DNA of 63,049 nucleotides, the filler included, from Olpidium bornovanus S191 (lineage: Eukaryota; Fungi; Olpidiomycota): NCBI GenBank assembly GCA_017911155.1. It is 27 parts of 27 records of this genome, joined end to end, with 100 filler letters (N's around TTAATTAATTAA, not from the genome) between each part and the next. Parts side by side here need not be neighbours in the genome. Positions count along the whole stretch, not along the records: positions 23,759 to 27,452 come from JAEFCI010009430.1; positions 27,553 to 28,936 come from JAEFCI010002598.1; positions 29,037 to 31,421 come from JAEFCI010000265.1; positions 31,522 to 32,572 come from JAEFCI010001014.1; positions 32,673 to 33,763 come from JAEFCI010000569.1; positions 33,864 to 36,315 come from JAEFCI010010699.1; positions 36,416 to 38,610 come from JAEFCI010009198.1; 20 more parts are not named here. One strand, 5' to 3'. Positions within the stretch are counted from its first letter, which is position 1. The number at the start of each line of letters is the position of its first letter. The translations under genes and the position numbers were made by a program. The notes below the pieces were generated by a model. That model was not told where the DNA came from and did not search any database. It saw only the letters and a program-made list of their open reading frames with translations. Positions 24,746 through 37,586 of the stretch are shown here, one piece after another.

Positions 24746-27036
24746 CTACGCGCCAAACTGGAACCCGCCGGCCGGCACAGTGGTCTCTGGCCTGAACGCG
24801 AAAGTCCCGGTGGCGCTGTCGACGCCTGGGGCGTGGCCTTCGTGGGCGTGGTCCTCGCCGTCGCTTGAGAAGTACTTTTCGACGATGTTGAAGGCCTTGT
24901 TGTAGATGTCGTCCCTTGCGTGCAATTGTAGGTTGTGAATCTTTTCCGCTCCCCCGGCCTCCTCAATGAGCAGTGCGTACGCGTTCGTGGTTTCCGAGGC
25001 AGACTTCTCCCGCTCGCCCACTTTCAAAATATTCTCGAGGGCGTCCAGCGCTACCTGAGTAATTTTCGGGTCCATGCACACCAAGAGGTCGCAAAGCGGC
25101 TTGATCGCGCCCTGCGACACCAGGTACCGGATCTGCTCCGGGCGGCCGAGTCCTCCAGACGTTGCGTTCGAGATCGCCCAGCAAGCCTCCTTCCTCGTCT
25201 TAAAATCCGCGTAGGAGAGGATGTTGATTAGGGGTGAAGTGAGGCCTGCCTCAATAACCGCCTGCACTTGGTCGCTGGTGCCCGCCGTAATGTTTGAGAT
25301 GGTCCAGCACGCCTCCTTCCGGATGCCCTCCTTCTCGCTGCTCAGCAGGGCAAGGAGCGAAGTCAGAACTCCGCAGTTGATCACAGCTTGCGTCTGACCG
25401 TCGTCGCCCGTCACGATGTTGCCTATAGTGCGCAGCGCTGGGGTCTGCACAGACGTGGAAGGATGCCTGAATTTTCCGACGTGGTCGAAGGAAAACCCTA
25501 GATGTCACCCTGGTTGGTAACCGGTATGGATGCGCGTGGAGACTCTGCTCTTCACCCACGTAAGAAGATCGACCAAACGACCGCAAATGCCGGATTCCAC
25601 CACAGCCTGGACGTTTTCGTTCCGGCCGCCTGAGAGGTATGAGAGAGCCCAGCAACAATCCGTCAAAATCTCAATATCGTCCAGGTGTACAAGTTTCGCC
25701 AGCGTCGGCAGGGCCGCAGATACCTGCGTTTACGAGACAAAAAAAGAGTCAGCGACATTGCTCTCGGCTCGAAATGACCAAAGTACGCAAGACTCACCGT
25801 ACGCCAATCTGGCTGCGGGTTCCTGCCCCGGCACAGGTTTGACAGTGTCCAAGTGGCGTTGCGGATCATGGTGGGGTTCAGGTGCGGCTGGTTCAGGAGG
25901 TTCAGCAATGGACCGAGCACGCCTTCCCGCAGCACTATGTCGCGGCACGCAGGACTGTCGCCTGCAATATTTCCCAAAGCCCACACTGCCTGTCGTGGTG
26001 CGAAACAACAAAAATTGGCGAATTGGCACGCGTCAACGGTTTAGATTCCGCGCATCGCCCAGAATCGAGATCCCGCGTTGCCTCCAGGGTACCCCTCAGT
26101 TGTAGGAGTCGATATTATCGGCATTGAAAGCTAAAATACGCCACGACACATGCCACGTGTCCTCCGTGTTCGAGCAAAAGGCACTCCTTGGCTCACCTGC
26201 TCGCGAATGTTGAGAACGTCGCCACCAAGCAGCTCCAAAAAAATAGGTACAGCGCCTTCGTTGATGACGTGCTGGGTCTGCTCGGACGACCCGGACGCGA
26301 TGTTCGTAAGCGCCCATGCAGCTTCAAATTGTACCAGGGAGTACGGTGACCGGAGAAACTGGACCAGGCGCGGTACGACCCCGGCAGCGATGACTTCCTG
26401 TATGGGGGGGTTACGCTCCTTGGAGAGCAGTTTGCGAAACTTGGTGGTTGCTTGGAGCTGCTCGTCCGGATCGTCCGAATAAATTTCTCTGACCATTTCC
26501 GGAAGGCATTCCGAAATCTCAGCGAACGCGACCAGCCAGCACCACACAGGTATTAAGAGAGTCAACAAAGAACCTGACGTCAGGACCGTTTAAGCAAGGT
26601 GGCAGCAGCGTGGCAGGTCGCGCTCCCCACCGGCCGCACAGGCATCGCGGTCTTCCTCGGCCCGCGGCGACCAAGGGGGCGTACTTTGACCGCGCGAAAG
26701 CGGCGATCAAAATGAAAGCAGGGACCGCGACTTCGAAAACCACTCCCCCCCCCTCTCTTCCCGAAGAGCGCAGACCGCGTTGAACGACGGTCCGCTGACC
26801 GCCCGTACCTGTTGGCTGAAGCTCACCGCGGCCGCGTCGCCATCTGGGCCGCCACCATCTCCAGCGGACGCGGGGAGGGCCGCAGACGTAGCTCCCCCGA
26901 CGGGCAGGTTACGCCTCTTCGCGACGTTCTCCTCCCTCTTCTGTCTCCGTATCTCTACGGTCTGCTCCTCCCTCCTCCTCCTCAGCTCGTCGTGCCTGAA
27001 GGCCCCTTTCGTTTTATACAGTTCGCGCCGCTCCAT
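24746..27036 (-). CDS. SRP1: Importin alpha (exons 27036-26809, 26517-26197, 25989-25798, 25723-25560, 25466-24746)
   Basis: IBB domain [27 protein letters not shown]; ARM repeats [33 protein letters not shown] and [13 protein letters not shown]. Confidence 0.96.
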
Positions 27037-27376
27037 CTCACGGCCGTCGCGACTTCTTTGCCTCGACGGCTCGAGGTCCCGGCCGACGGCTTTCCAGGCT
27101 CGGACGGTGGACCGGACGGCGCCCAAGCCGACCGATATACGGCCGCTGGACGGGAGGCGGCGCGGGGGGTGGGGCGGCGCGGGCGAGGCAAAGCAGGAGG
27201 GAGCGAAAACGGCACGCGAGAAACGAGGCGAACTGCCTGGAGGGACGGGCCTGGGCGCAAGGCCTCTTCTGGTTGGCGAGGAATTTGCCTGGAGTTGTGC
27301 GCAAGACGGGCCCCGACGCTTCTGAAGGTGGAATAAGGAAAGGTCGCGGGGGAAAGGATGGGCGGGGGGTGTCGAG

Positions 27377-27451
<75 letters not shown>

Positions 27452-27641
27452 ANNNNNNNNNNNNNNNNNNNNNNNNNNNNNNNNNNNNNNNNNNNNTTAA
27501 TTAATTAANNNNNNNNNNNNNNNNNNNNNNNNNNNNNNNNNNNNNNNNNNNNCATGGACTGGCCGGCGTCGACGAAGTCTATTGACCGAGCTTCGCCGCC
27601 CCGCAAAATATTGATGGTAATGCGACCCCCGACGACGGCAG

Positions 27642-28397
27642 ATCCTGGAATTCGTGGGCGTCTACAACAGCGTGCTGCCGTACGGCGATCGCCTTCACGG
27701 GCGGGTGATCACCGTCATCAACCGGAGCGAGATTGTCGGCCGACCGCTGGCGGCTCTCCTGGCCAACGACGGGGCGAAGGTGTATTCGATCGACGTCGAC
27801 AGCACTCTGGAATTTAGCCGGGGCACGGGAATTCACCTCCCGCAACACGAGGTGCGCGAAGCCGCTAGGCCGAGCTCTATCCTTCTGGTGTTCTCGTCCC
27901 GGGCGCCGCATTTTCATTCACACTTTTTTCCGTATTCCCCCCCCCTCCTCTTCACCGTACGCGTTTATGGCGGGGATTGTCGTTTCAATTCAGATCAAGG
28001 ACGTGAATCTCACCGTCGAACAGACCTTGCCGATATCCGACGTCGTCATAACCGGAGTGCCGGCAAAGAACTACAAAGTTCCCACTCGGGACTTAAAAGA
28101 GGGCGTGATCGCGATCAACTTCTCGACGGTCAAGAACTTTGAGGACGACGTGAAAACGCGGGCGTCGATATTCGTCCCTTCCGTCGGGAAAGTAAGGGCG
28201 CGCGGGCCTCTTCTTGCACCTCTTGCCGGCTTTTTTTTTTATGTTGGGGGACGGTCCGCCGGGTCGCAACGCGATTGATGTTCACGTACAAATGGCCTCT
28301 GTTCTCTTTTTTTCAGGTCACCGTCGCGATGCTTGAACGGAATCTTGTGCGGTTGGCGTCCCATGCAAATAAAGACGCTGTGAAAATACCGATCTGA
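27642..28397 (+). CDS. MTD1: NAD-dependent methylenetetrahydrofolate dehydrogenase, 3' part (exons 27642-27851, 27994-28191, 28317-28397)
   Basis: LPYGDRLHG, VINRSEIVGRPLAALLANDGA and VPSVGKVTVAMLERNL, typical of the yeast Mtd1-type monofunctional enzyme. Confidence 0.9.
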
Positions 28398-29036
28398 CAG
28401 GGTAACACCAGTTCCGGCCACCGTCGCCACGGCCCCCCCCCCCACTCCTCTTCCGCCTTATTCCGCAGAAGGCATTAGAATTGCGACATGTTAATAACAT
28501 AACAGCTGCACGGGATAGAGTGTAAAATACCTGGGGTCGCCGACAGCGCCGCCAGACCGGGTTGCCCCGTCGGAGGGCATCACGGACCCCTTTTCTGGGG
28601 CGTTTTCGCGAATGACATCAAAAGAAAACGTCGGTCGCGAGTCTGGACGCGGGAGAGGGGGAGGAGGGGGGGGAGGGATTTTAGCTTGGACGTGCGCGGG
28701 CGTGTCATCGTCGCCACATCGACGTTCACAGTACCCGCTCACGCGATTCCTGTCGCGTATAGTTATTCGCCGTCTTTTTTTTTTGTTTTCAGGTCACAGT
28801 CACGAAGCTTGAGCGTCTTGGATTTTTCTTTTTCTCCCGCACAACGCCACTCCCTTGGAAAACCCGGAAGCGCACCCGGCAACGAGAACGCCAGGGGCAG
28901 GGAAGAGCGCTTCAGACCGCGAATAATGGCTTCTGGNNNNNNNNNNNNNNNNNNNNNNNNNNNNNNNNNNNNNNNNNNNNTTAATTAATTAANNNNNNNN
29001 NNNNNNNNNNNNNNNNNNNNNNNNNNNNNNNNNNNN

Positions 29037-30019
29037 CATGAAATCACTTCCACCGTCAGATTCGTGCAAGGTTTCCGCTGAAAATCGTGCCGGTCGGTCT
29101 CAGTGAACGAGTCCGACAGGCATGGCGCCCAATTCGCTCGGCCAACATACCTAGGACAACGTACTCGATGATAGCTACGATGTTGGGGCTTGTCAACGCG
29201 GTGTGGAAATAACCTGCCTAGTGTGTTGGGACCGGAGCGCAAGTTCGACAGCGACGTCTGGCATCAGCCACTCGCGAGACGCGGCGACCAGAAGCTCGAG
29301 TTCGATCTGACCTGGCCATCAGGCACTATCTCGATGTTCCTTCCGGTCAACGTCGCAAGCCCGGGTGCCAAAGCCAATCTCGGGCCGTGCGCCTCGTCCT
29401 CGTATCGACCGCCGTTGAGACTGCGGAAGCTACTCCGGTTGCGACGATCGCCCTGGTCTTTGTTTCCGATATCAACGCCGTCGTCGTGCTCGTCCTCCGT
29501 TCCCGTCCGGCCTCGCCTAACTGAGCCCTTCGTCGGCTTCTTCTTTCCCGCGCCCGGATCGCCTTCGGCGGGGCGGATCGCGAACACCTCCTTCGCGATC
29601 CATGTGTTCCCGAAGAAGGCGCCGGACAGCGCGTCAAAAAGCGAGACGCGTAGCTGGCACCGCAGGGACGCGAAGTCCGCGGATGCGAGCAAGGCGTCGG
29701 ACACGTACGGCGGCAGCGGCAGGTTCTCGACGTGCAAGATGTCGAGGCGGTACGGGACAGTGACTCCCGGGTGCAGGTTTGCCGTCCGTTGCGGGAAGGC
29801 GCGCGCGGACGACAGCACGGGACGCGGTGCGGCCGCGCCTTTGCCCGCGGCGGCAGGGGCCGCGGCGTCCCTGTTGAGCGCCGTGCGGCTGCCTTGCTGG
29901 TGGCGCTGGTGGTACGGCTGGTGCAGCGACCTGGCGAGGCTCTTCGGCGGCGGCAGCGCCCGGCGCCTCTCCGCCAGCCTCTGCAGCCACAGCTCCTTAC
30001 CGTCCGGACGGTCGTCCAT
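29037..30019 (-). CDS. NPHP4: Nephrocystin-4, ciliary transition-zone protein, N-terminal part (exons 30019-29312, 29217-29151, next exon runs into the gap)
   Basis: RCQLRVSLFDALSGAFFGNTW and, after splicing, YFHTALTSPNIVAIIEYVV. As I recall it, the human N-terminus reads CHLRVSFFD..FFGRTW / LYFHTSLNHPHIVAVVEVV. Confidence 0.78.
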
Positions 30020-32099
30020 GCCTTCTTTTTGGGCTACGCCCGGGCGTTTCCGAACAGCTCCGGCGCCGGGGCGGTTCCGCTCCTCTGCAAGGCCACCCGG
30101 CGCACGACTCTGCCCCACTCCCCCGCGCAACTTCACAACCGCCAACCCCACACACGCGCGCGCGCGGGGCCACGCCGACTCTGTACCGGCAGCCAGCTCT
30201 GATCACAGCGGCCGACCGTCGCGGGCCGGGCTGCCCGAGATATGCTGCGGCCGGCACAGGGCTGCAGTGGCTTTCAGTGCTGTCGGGCAACAAAAACGCA
30301 CGCTGATGCGCACGGGCATCTTCGGCACCACAGTCAATCCCATCACAGCAAATGAAGCACGTCCCCGCGCGCGTGCGCACATTCCCCCTGGCGCCCGGCC
30401 TGACCGACGTCGTCGATCTGCACCGTTGTGCCGACAACACGCAACACTGCTCGCATAAGAAACCGAGATGTTCGCGCATTCCCCGAATCAATAATCGGAT
30501 CGTCCTTTGAGCTTCGGCAGCAGGAACTCGGAGCACCTCGCTGTCGTCCTCGTCAGCGCCGGCGCCTTCCACCTCTGGGCCGGTGGAAGGAAGGCGGCGG
30601 GCGGAGGCAGGGTGGGCCCCAGGAGCAGGCGCCTGCTGGCCCCCGGATTAAAAGAGGAAAGAGCCGGGAACTGCCTCTTCCCCCTCCGGGTGTCATCCCC
30701 CCATCACCTCTCCCACCTCCTCTGCACTGCGCGCGTGAATGGCTTTGAGTATTGCGCGCTTCTCGTCCTCCGTTGGCCCCAAACCCCTCCTCAATTCTGC
30801 GTTTTGGGTCTGCCGCGAAGTCGGCTTACTCCTCCGTTGTGGATGGGATCCTCCGTGGTTGCTAGCCTCCTCTTGACAGTGAAGCCGTAACACAGTAGCG
30901 CCATTTTCTGTGCACTGGTGTACACCTCACTAAGCTAATAACCTCCGGGAACTGATACTGAAACGCTGGTCTCAACAGTATTATGCTTTAGGCAGGTTCT
31001 ACTGCAAACAACGCCAGCTGTCCGACGATTAGGCTTACGCTGCCCTGGCCTGCCGTAAGCTTGCCGTTGCGTGCGAGGATGGAACAGCTCGCTGGTTCGC
31101 TGATGGAGTTTAGCGATTGCAAATACTATTCTCACTTCATATCAAATAATATATACATATAAATGTAATGTTATATGTGGCACGCGCCAAATTCCTGACA
31201 AAAACCGGCGCGTTTAGCTTCGTTCGAATGCAAGTGTTACCCAATGGATAGTAATGTTTTCTTAAAATGGCAATGACCATCAAATACCGATGGTTATAAT
31301 ACTTTTCTATATTGGCTATGACCGCCTAATATGCCCTCTGTCGTTATCAAATTCCATCACGCCGGTCACGGCGAGTCTCGCAGACACATCGGCCTTATGT
31401 GAGGATACGCCTCAGCACATGNNNNNNNNNNNNNNNNNNNNNNNNNNNNNNNNNNNNNNNNNNNNTTAATTAATTAANNNNNNNNNNNNNNNNNNNNNNN
31501 NNNNNNNNNNNNNNNNNNNNNCATGCCTGGTCCAGGCTGAATGAACCCGTCTTTGCTTCGGGGCTCTCCTGTGACAGACCTTTCTGGAGTTTCTTGCGCC
31601 GATTTTGAGTCATCGAGATTTTTTTTTAAATCTGCCGTTGATACATTCCCCGCGGTGGCGGCCAAGGAAGAAGAACGTGCCGAACCTCGACGCGGCGACG
31701 ATCCTCGTCGTCCTCACAGCCGGAAATCCGTTTGGCGGTCGCTGTCGTCAGAGACTGCGGGCGTGCGGTCGCTTCCGAGCCGGGCAGACAAAAAGCCGGA
31801 CATTTTGACAGAGGGGGAGAGGCGTAACACCGGTGCGCCGCTCAACTTCATGATTTCTCGAGCTTTACTACCAGTGGGCGAGACATTGCCACTTGCACAT
31901 GGCTCACGTGCTGGCACGCGCCTGCTCCGGCGCTCGAACAGACGGGCGCCAGCAGACTCCTTGCCGTTGTTATGCCGACCGCCATGCGCACAAGCCCATG
32001 CCCGTAAGCCCCGTGCTCACAATCTGCGGAAGTCCATGATTTTTCACAAATTCCGCTGTTCCACAACCCCCCCCCCTCCCTCTCCCCCATACGCCACAA

Positions 32100-32270
32100 A
32101 ATATTTCACATACCCTGTTGCGACGACATCCCTCGGATTTGCGTGCCAGAAATGGTTTCGTTTCTGAAACAAACATGTCAGACTCAAAATGGTTCAGGTC
32201 ATCAACGTAGATGGCGATAATGACAAAACAGTGGAATTTTTTTAAAGAAGCGACGTGGACGTCTGATTGT
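32100..32270 (-). mobile_element. Short copia-like RT remnant
   Basis: Minus-strand FVIIAIYVDDL (YVDD at 32209-32198) with K..L downstream; short and isolated. Confidence 0.45.
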
Positions 32271-32672
32271 GGATGTAGCAATGGGCGACCAGGAAGACGT
32301 GAAGACGCTGTTACCACATCCTGGCCGACTACTTAGGCCGTAGAGGGCTCTCTAAACACGACGCCATGCCAGACATCAGGTGTGGAAGGAAGACGTAGTT
32401 GCGTTTCCTTGTCTTTTTTGTTCTTTCTCTGCTTTGCTTGTACTAGCTGATCATGTGCCCCCTCTTTCCGCCCGCAGGCATAGAGGAAGGCCAGGACCAC
32501 GAAATAAGCCCACCCCATTCGGCAACGAATTTCACCACGAAAAGGTCGTCGGTTATCGATCGCGCAACATCANNNNNNNNNNNNNNNNNNNNNNNNNNNN
32601 NNNNNNNNNNNNNNNNTTAATTAATTAANNNNNNNNNNNNNNNNNNNNNNNNNNNNNNNNNNNNNNNNNNNN

Positions 32673-33529
32673 GCGCGTCTCCCTGGCCACGGCGCTGGTG
32701 GGGTTCGTCGTCCTCTTCGCCGGCCTGGTCGGCAACGTCGTCATCAACCCGGAGATCGTCCAGTACTTCCTGCTCTACTTCGCCGTCATCATGGCCTTTT
32801 TCCTCCTCACGACCCGCCGCGTCTGGATCGTCAAGACCGCCTACTGGTGCCTGGACCAGCCCCCCGGCCTGATGCGCATCCCCTGGATGTCCGAAGCCCC
32901 GGGCGCAATGGTGCGGCTGCTGCACCGCATGCAGGCGCAGCCGGTAGTGTTCTTCACGAAGACGGTGCGCATCGATTTGAAGATTTATCTTTTTCTCTTT
33001 TTTTTCTTTTTTTTTTCTCTGCCCCCGGAAGGTATTTCGGCTCGCCTCGACGTGGCCCCCCCTCCCCGTTTGAGGAGACGGGTTTTGACGAAAACCGGTT
33101 TTTTTTTTCTTTCGAAAATGTTCGACGTGTACAAACGCAAACAAAACAAAAAAAAAACCACGGCTTCGGGCGCTCCCTCGCCACCAACAGGACGACCCCC
33201 ACCTCCTCAACAAGGCCATCCTGTACATCATCCACAACGAAGTCACGCGTCGCCTCCAGTTCGTCCACTGCTACGACGCCGACGACGAGGCCGACGCGGG
33301 GCCCGCCCGGTCGTCCGGCCTCGCCGACGCCTGCCGGACGCTTGACCGGTGCTACCCGAAGATCACCATCGACCTCCTGCTCGTCCCGGCCCCGTTTTCC
33401 CCCGACACGGTGGACCGGCTGTCGCACGTTCTGCGGGTGCCCAAGGGGCTGATGTTCATGTCGTGCCCGGGGAGCGGGTTCCCCTGGAACATGGCCGACT
33501 TCGACGGCATTCGCATCGTCATGCTCTGA
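32673..33529 (+). CDS. APC-superfamily amino-acid permease, C-terminal part (one intron, about 32968-33189)
   Basis: Two hydrophobic helices, PVVFFTKT|DDPHLLNKAILYIIHNE, LDRCYPKITIDL, FSPDTVDRLS, LMFMSCP and terminal DGIRIVML. Confidence 0.72.
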
Positions 33530-33863
33530 TTATATATATAATTTTTTTCAGAGTTGTATATTCTGAGAGTTGAAGATGGGAGGGGGGAAGGGGGAAGGGT
33601 AAAGCCGGTAGGGCTCGAGGGGCGGGGTCAAGCTCGGGATCTTTGTCGCAGCAATTTTGTTGCGAGCGGTGGGAATTTATTACCCTTGCGAGAGAAGAGT
33701 TCCTGCGACGTCGCGCCCGCATCATCGCTCTTTGAGGCTGCCGGGCTGGCCTGGTTGGCATGANNNNNNNNNNNNNNNNNNNNNNNNNNNNNNNNNNNNN
33801 NNNNNNNTTAATTAATTAANNNNNNNNNNNNNNNNNNNNNNNNNNNNNNNNNNNNNNNNNNNN

Positions 33864-34001
<138 letters not shown>

Positions 34002-34140
34002 CTGAAGGAATTTCGGCTGCCTACAAAGGGAACGTACATCCAAATGGGGGGAGGCCCTAGGACTTACGCTGCTACCGGAATTTTGGCTGCCTACATACGA
34101 GGTTTGCCGGGATCAGAGGGAACGCAGTTCGAAATGGGAA

Positions 34141-34176
<36 letters not shown>

Positions 34177-36457
34177 GGAGGGGACAAACCGGCTCTAGAT
34201 ACAAAGCGCCGACCCACTGTTTTTCCACCCCATCATCTTTCTCCTTCCCCGAAACACCAATGTACCAACTTTACAGCGCAATATTTTATTTATCTTATAT
34301 AAATCAAAGGGATCTGCTTAAAAAACCTCGCGTTATTTTTTTTTTCAGGTATGAAACTGGTCGAGTTCGCTGTCGCATTATTCGGCAGTGAAGGTCGGCC
34401 AGTGGAGGCGGCTGCCGAATGCGGAAGCGGAGGAGGGGGTGAGGGAGGTTGGGGTTGGCCAGTGGATTAGGTGAGAGGTTTGCGCGGCTTGTTGCACTCC
34501 GTGCACGATGGTCCGGTTCGGACGCATGGCGCCTCACGACGGAGTAGCTTAGTAAGAATAGTAATACGAGCAATGCAGCGTTACATATATGGAGGGTGCG
34601 GCGCGCGGATTACGCCAACGTCATCGGCAGGTCTGCGAAGTCGACGGGGCCGGGCAGCGGAGAGGGGCGGAGCGGGGTGAAGGCATCCCCGCATCCCCAC
34701 TTCGTCGTGCATCTACATATCTCGCAGCGGCTTGCCTTGTCGGGTGCACGTGATCTTTGCAAACAGCGCTCTTTATGTAACGCCTGGAGAGATAAGAGGG
34801 GGAGGAGGGGAGGGGGACAGAACCGGGAGGGTTGCGCTTCTATGTCGAACTCGATTGAAGGATCGGGCAGACCGAGCTCCCGGGTGACTTTTTTGCGGAT
34901 TGGGGATGATGCGTCCGTGATTCGGTTGACGGCAAATTAACCGATGAACGCCGGCAATGGCGAGATGCTTTCGCTCTCTCTCTTGATGATATGACGCAAG
35001 GCGGGCGTGATGAGATGAGGTGACGACACCTGTGGCTCTCTCTTTGGCTCTCTTTCACAATTTCCTCTGCGTGAGGCACCGCCATTGAATATGTTTGACC
35101 AGTAATGGATAGTCGTTTAACTTCCAAAAAAAAAGAAAAGAGAAGAAAAACGATGACGACACGCTGAAAATGCGAACAGCAAAAACTGCCAGGCGCCAAA
35201 CAAGTGCAAACATTTCTAATTCTCTGATGCGGGATTGAGATTCCTTCCGTTGATTTTAGCGACAGGGGCAAGGGGCGCAGTGGCAGTTGCACTTACGCGG
35301 CGGATGCAAGTGGCGGTGCGCCGATGCAATAGCAGTAGGTAAAAGGAAAAAGAACGACAAACCCGACGACTCGAAGGCGTCTGACGGCACCGCAGCAAAA
35401 AAACGAGCGTTCCGCCTCAAGTGATACAGTTAACGCTAGCAAGGAGGCCTCGTAAAAGCATTTCAGTAACAATATAGGCAACTTTTTGGCGGTTACCAGT
35501 TATTTTCTTACGATTCACTGTCTTACTTTATTGCGGTTGTATTTGTCCCTTTTGTTGGTGAGCGCCCCGTTTATCACCTATATATAGAGGTTTAAAGTAA
35601 ACTATGTCAGCCTTCTACAGAGGCTTGTTAGCTTCACAGTTCGCCGGGGAAGTCCCTTAGACTAAAAAAAAAACCGCAGCCGTCTCCCGGCCGCCCCGGC
35701 GTGGCGGCGGCGAACAAAGGAGCGGCCGGCTGAGTGCCGCGTCGGGGTGTAGTGCAACGGCCCGGCGCCGCACACTGAGGCAAACCACGAGGCCCGTTGT
35801 GCGCGGCAAACTTTTCGGTTTTTTCTTTGGAGCCAGCTGCGGCAGAACCCAGGCGGGGTTTCCCCCGACAAAGTCGCCAAAGGCGTCTTGCCACAGGAAC
35901 AATAGGTCGCCGCGAGGCTCGCCGCGGCGAGTGCCGTCCGCCGTCCGCGCGTGTTTCGCGAAAGGGGGGAAGGGAGGAAGGGCCGCAGCGGAGAGGGCAC
36001 GGGAGCGTGGTGCGGCCCGATCGCGACGCAGTGATCGCGGCTGTTCACTTTCGCCGCCGTCCTCCTTTTCTTCCTCCCCGTCGCGGCCGCGGCCGCCGCC
36101 TTCGTGCTCGCCGTCTTCCTCTTTCTCCCGGCTGCCTCCTCGTCCTCCTCGCGCTGTTCGTTGTCCTGCTTTCCTCGGCAGGCGCGCTGGCGGGCCGAGG
36201 CGTTCTCGGCGTCAACGTCTTCTCACAGCGCAAACGGCGGCGGGTGGGCAGCGCGAGTGCGCCTCCCCTCCCTCCCCCCTCACCACCACCAGTCACGTGC
36301 TCCGCACCCTTCGCCNNNNNNNNNNNNNNNNNNNNNNNNNNNNNNNNNNNNNNNNNNNNTTAATTAATTAANNNNNNNNNNNNNNNNNNNNNNNNNNNNN
36401 NNNNNNNNNNNNNNNCACATGTCCACATCGGCTTCGAGTTTCATTTTCCGGGCTCAC

Positions 36458-37110
36458 CAGCGCCGGAAGATACTCTTGAAACGCCTGGTGGCCCGGCGTG
36501 TCGTACATGAACAGCTCGACGGTCACGCTGGTCTCCGGAATGTTGACGGTCTTGACCAGCATCTCGGTTTGAATCGTCTGCCGGCAGTTGTGGAGCGCAT
36601 TGAAGAATGCGGAAAAAGAGTTGGTGGTCAGATCTGCAGTTGAACCTGAGACAGCGTGAAACCCGAGAACTGAACCGTAGGCGCAAACAAATAGTTACAA
36701 ACCATATTGTACGCCTTGGGAAACTGCGTCACGTCGGAGTGGAAGACCTGCGTCAGAGCGCTCTTGCCTACAGTCGAGTCTCCTGTGTGGTCGATGGATC
36801 GTCGCACACGACGGGCAGAGAGGAAGGTGTTGTGAGCAGGGACGCGCGCGAACACGCCCCATGTGGTGTACGTGTGGCAAGCCCAAGAGCCGATCTTGTC
36901 TCCGGCATTGACCCGACGCGTTTCTCAGATATTGCGGCAAGTACAGTGGTGCAATCGGCCGGCGGGCCGGCCGCGCAACGAATTGGCACGCTTCAGCTGC
37001 GCGTTCTGAACGATGCCGTCCTACGTAGCCGTTTCCGGGACAGAGTGACGCGTCCCCTTACCCACCGAGCAGGCAACACTTGCAGCGCAGGACGAGCTTC
37101 CCGGACAGCG
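36458..37110 (-). CDS. IFT27: Intraflagellar transport GTPase IFT27/RABL4 (exons 37110-37056, 36782-36703, 36577-36458; 3' truncated)
   Basis: Spliced MSSSLSGKLVLRCKCCLLGDSTVGKSALTQVFHSDVTQFPKAYNM-TIQTEMLVKTVNIPETSVTVELFMYDTPG. The F.SD...F.K.Y segment and ELFxxD pattern fit IFT27 rather than ordinary Rabs. Confidence 0.85.
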
Positions 37111-37291
37111 AAGACGACATTTGGGCCCGAGCCGGCTCCGTAGGGCGGACTGCGCGCAGAGTTGGATGCGACGGCGAGTATCGCGAATCTCGCGGTGTCG
37201 CCGGCGGTCCGCGGTGGGCGACGACGGTGGCGGCGGCAAGGGGATCGCAGGGGCGCGCGCGGCGTTCGCGGTCGCGGGGCGTTGCGCGGCA

Positions 37292-37301
37292 GTCACGTGA
37301 C
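37292..37301. promoter_or_regulatory. Palindromic E-box GTCACGTGAC in the IFT27/TFA1 divergent promoter
   Basis: Same 10-bp palindrome as at 15675-15684. Confidence 0.55.
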
Positions 37302-37586
37302 CTTCAACCGCAAACAGTGGCCCTATGCAAACCCAACCCCACCACGTCCCCCCCCGAGAAGAAGGCCAAAAAAAAAAAAAAAAGCGTTTTTTGCCCCGGA
37401 CAGAAAGGGCGAACCGAGGACTTCGCCGCGGTCGTCCACAACCAGCCTTCTTTGCCGTTACGTACACAGCCTACCAGGTTTCGTCACCGTCGTTACTGGG
37501 CGTTTCAAAGGTCTTGTCGGCGTTTAGACCGGGAACCAAACGGTGGCATTCTAGGGCAGCCAACACTCGCACGGGGGAAGGAAGCC

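Noticed and set aside
35660-36315. Minus-strand acidic and basic exon (EEDEEAAGRKRKTAS..GRKKRR) resembling an NLS-bearing protein
   Set aside because: The frame and downstream exons could not be resolved, and no family was recognised.
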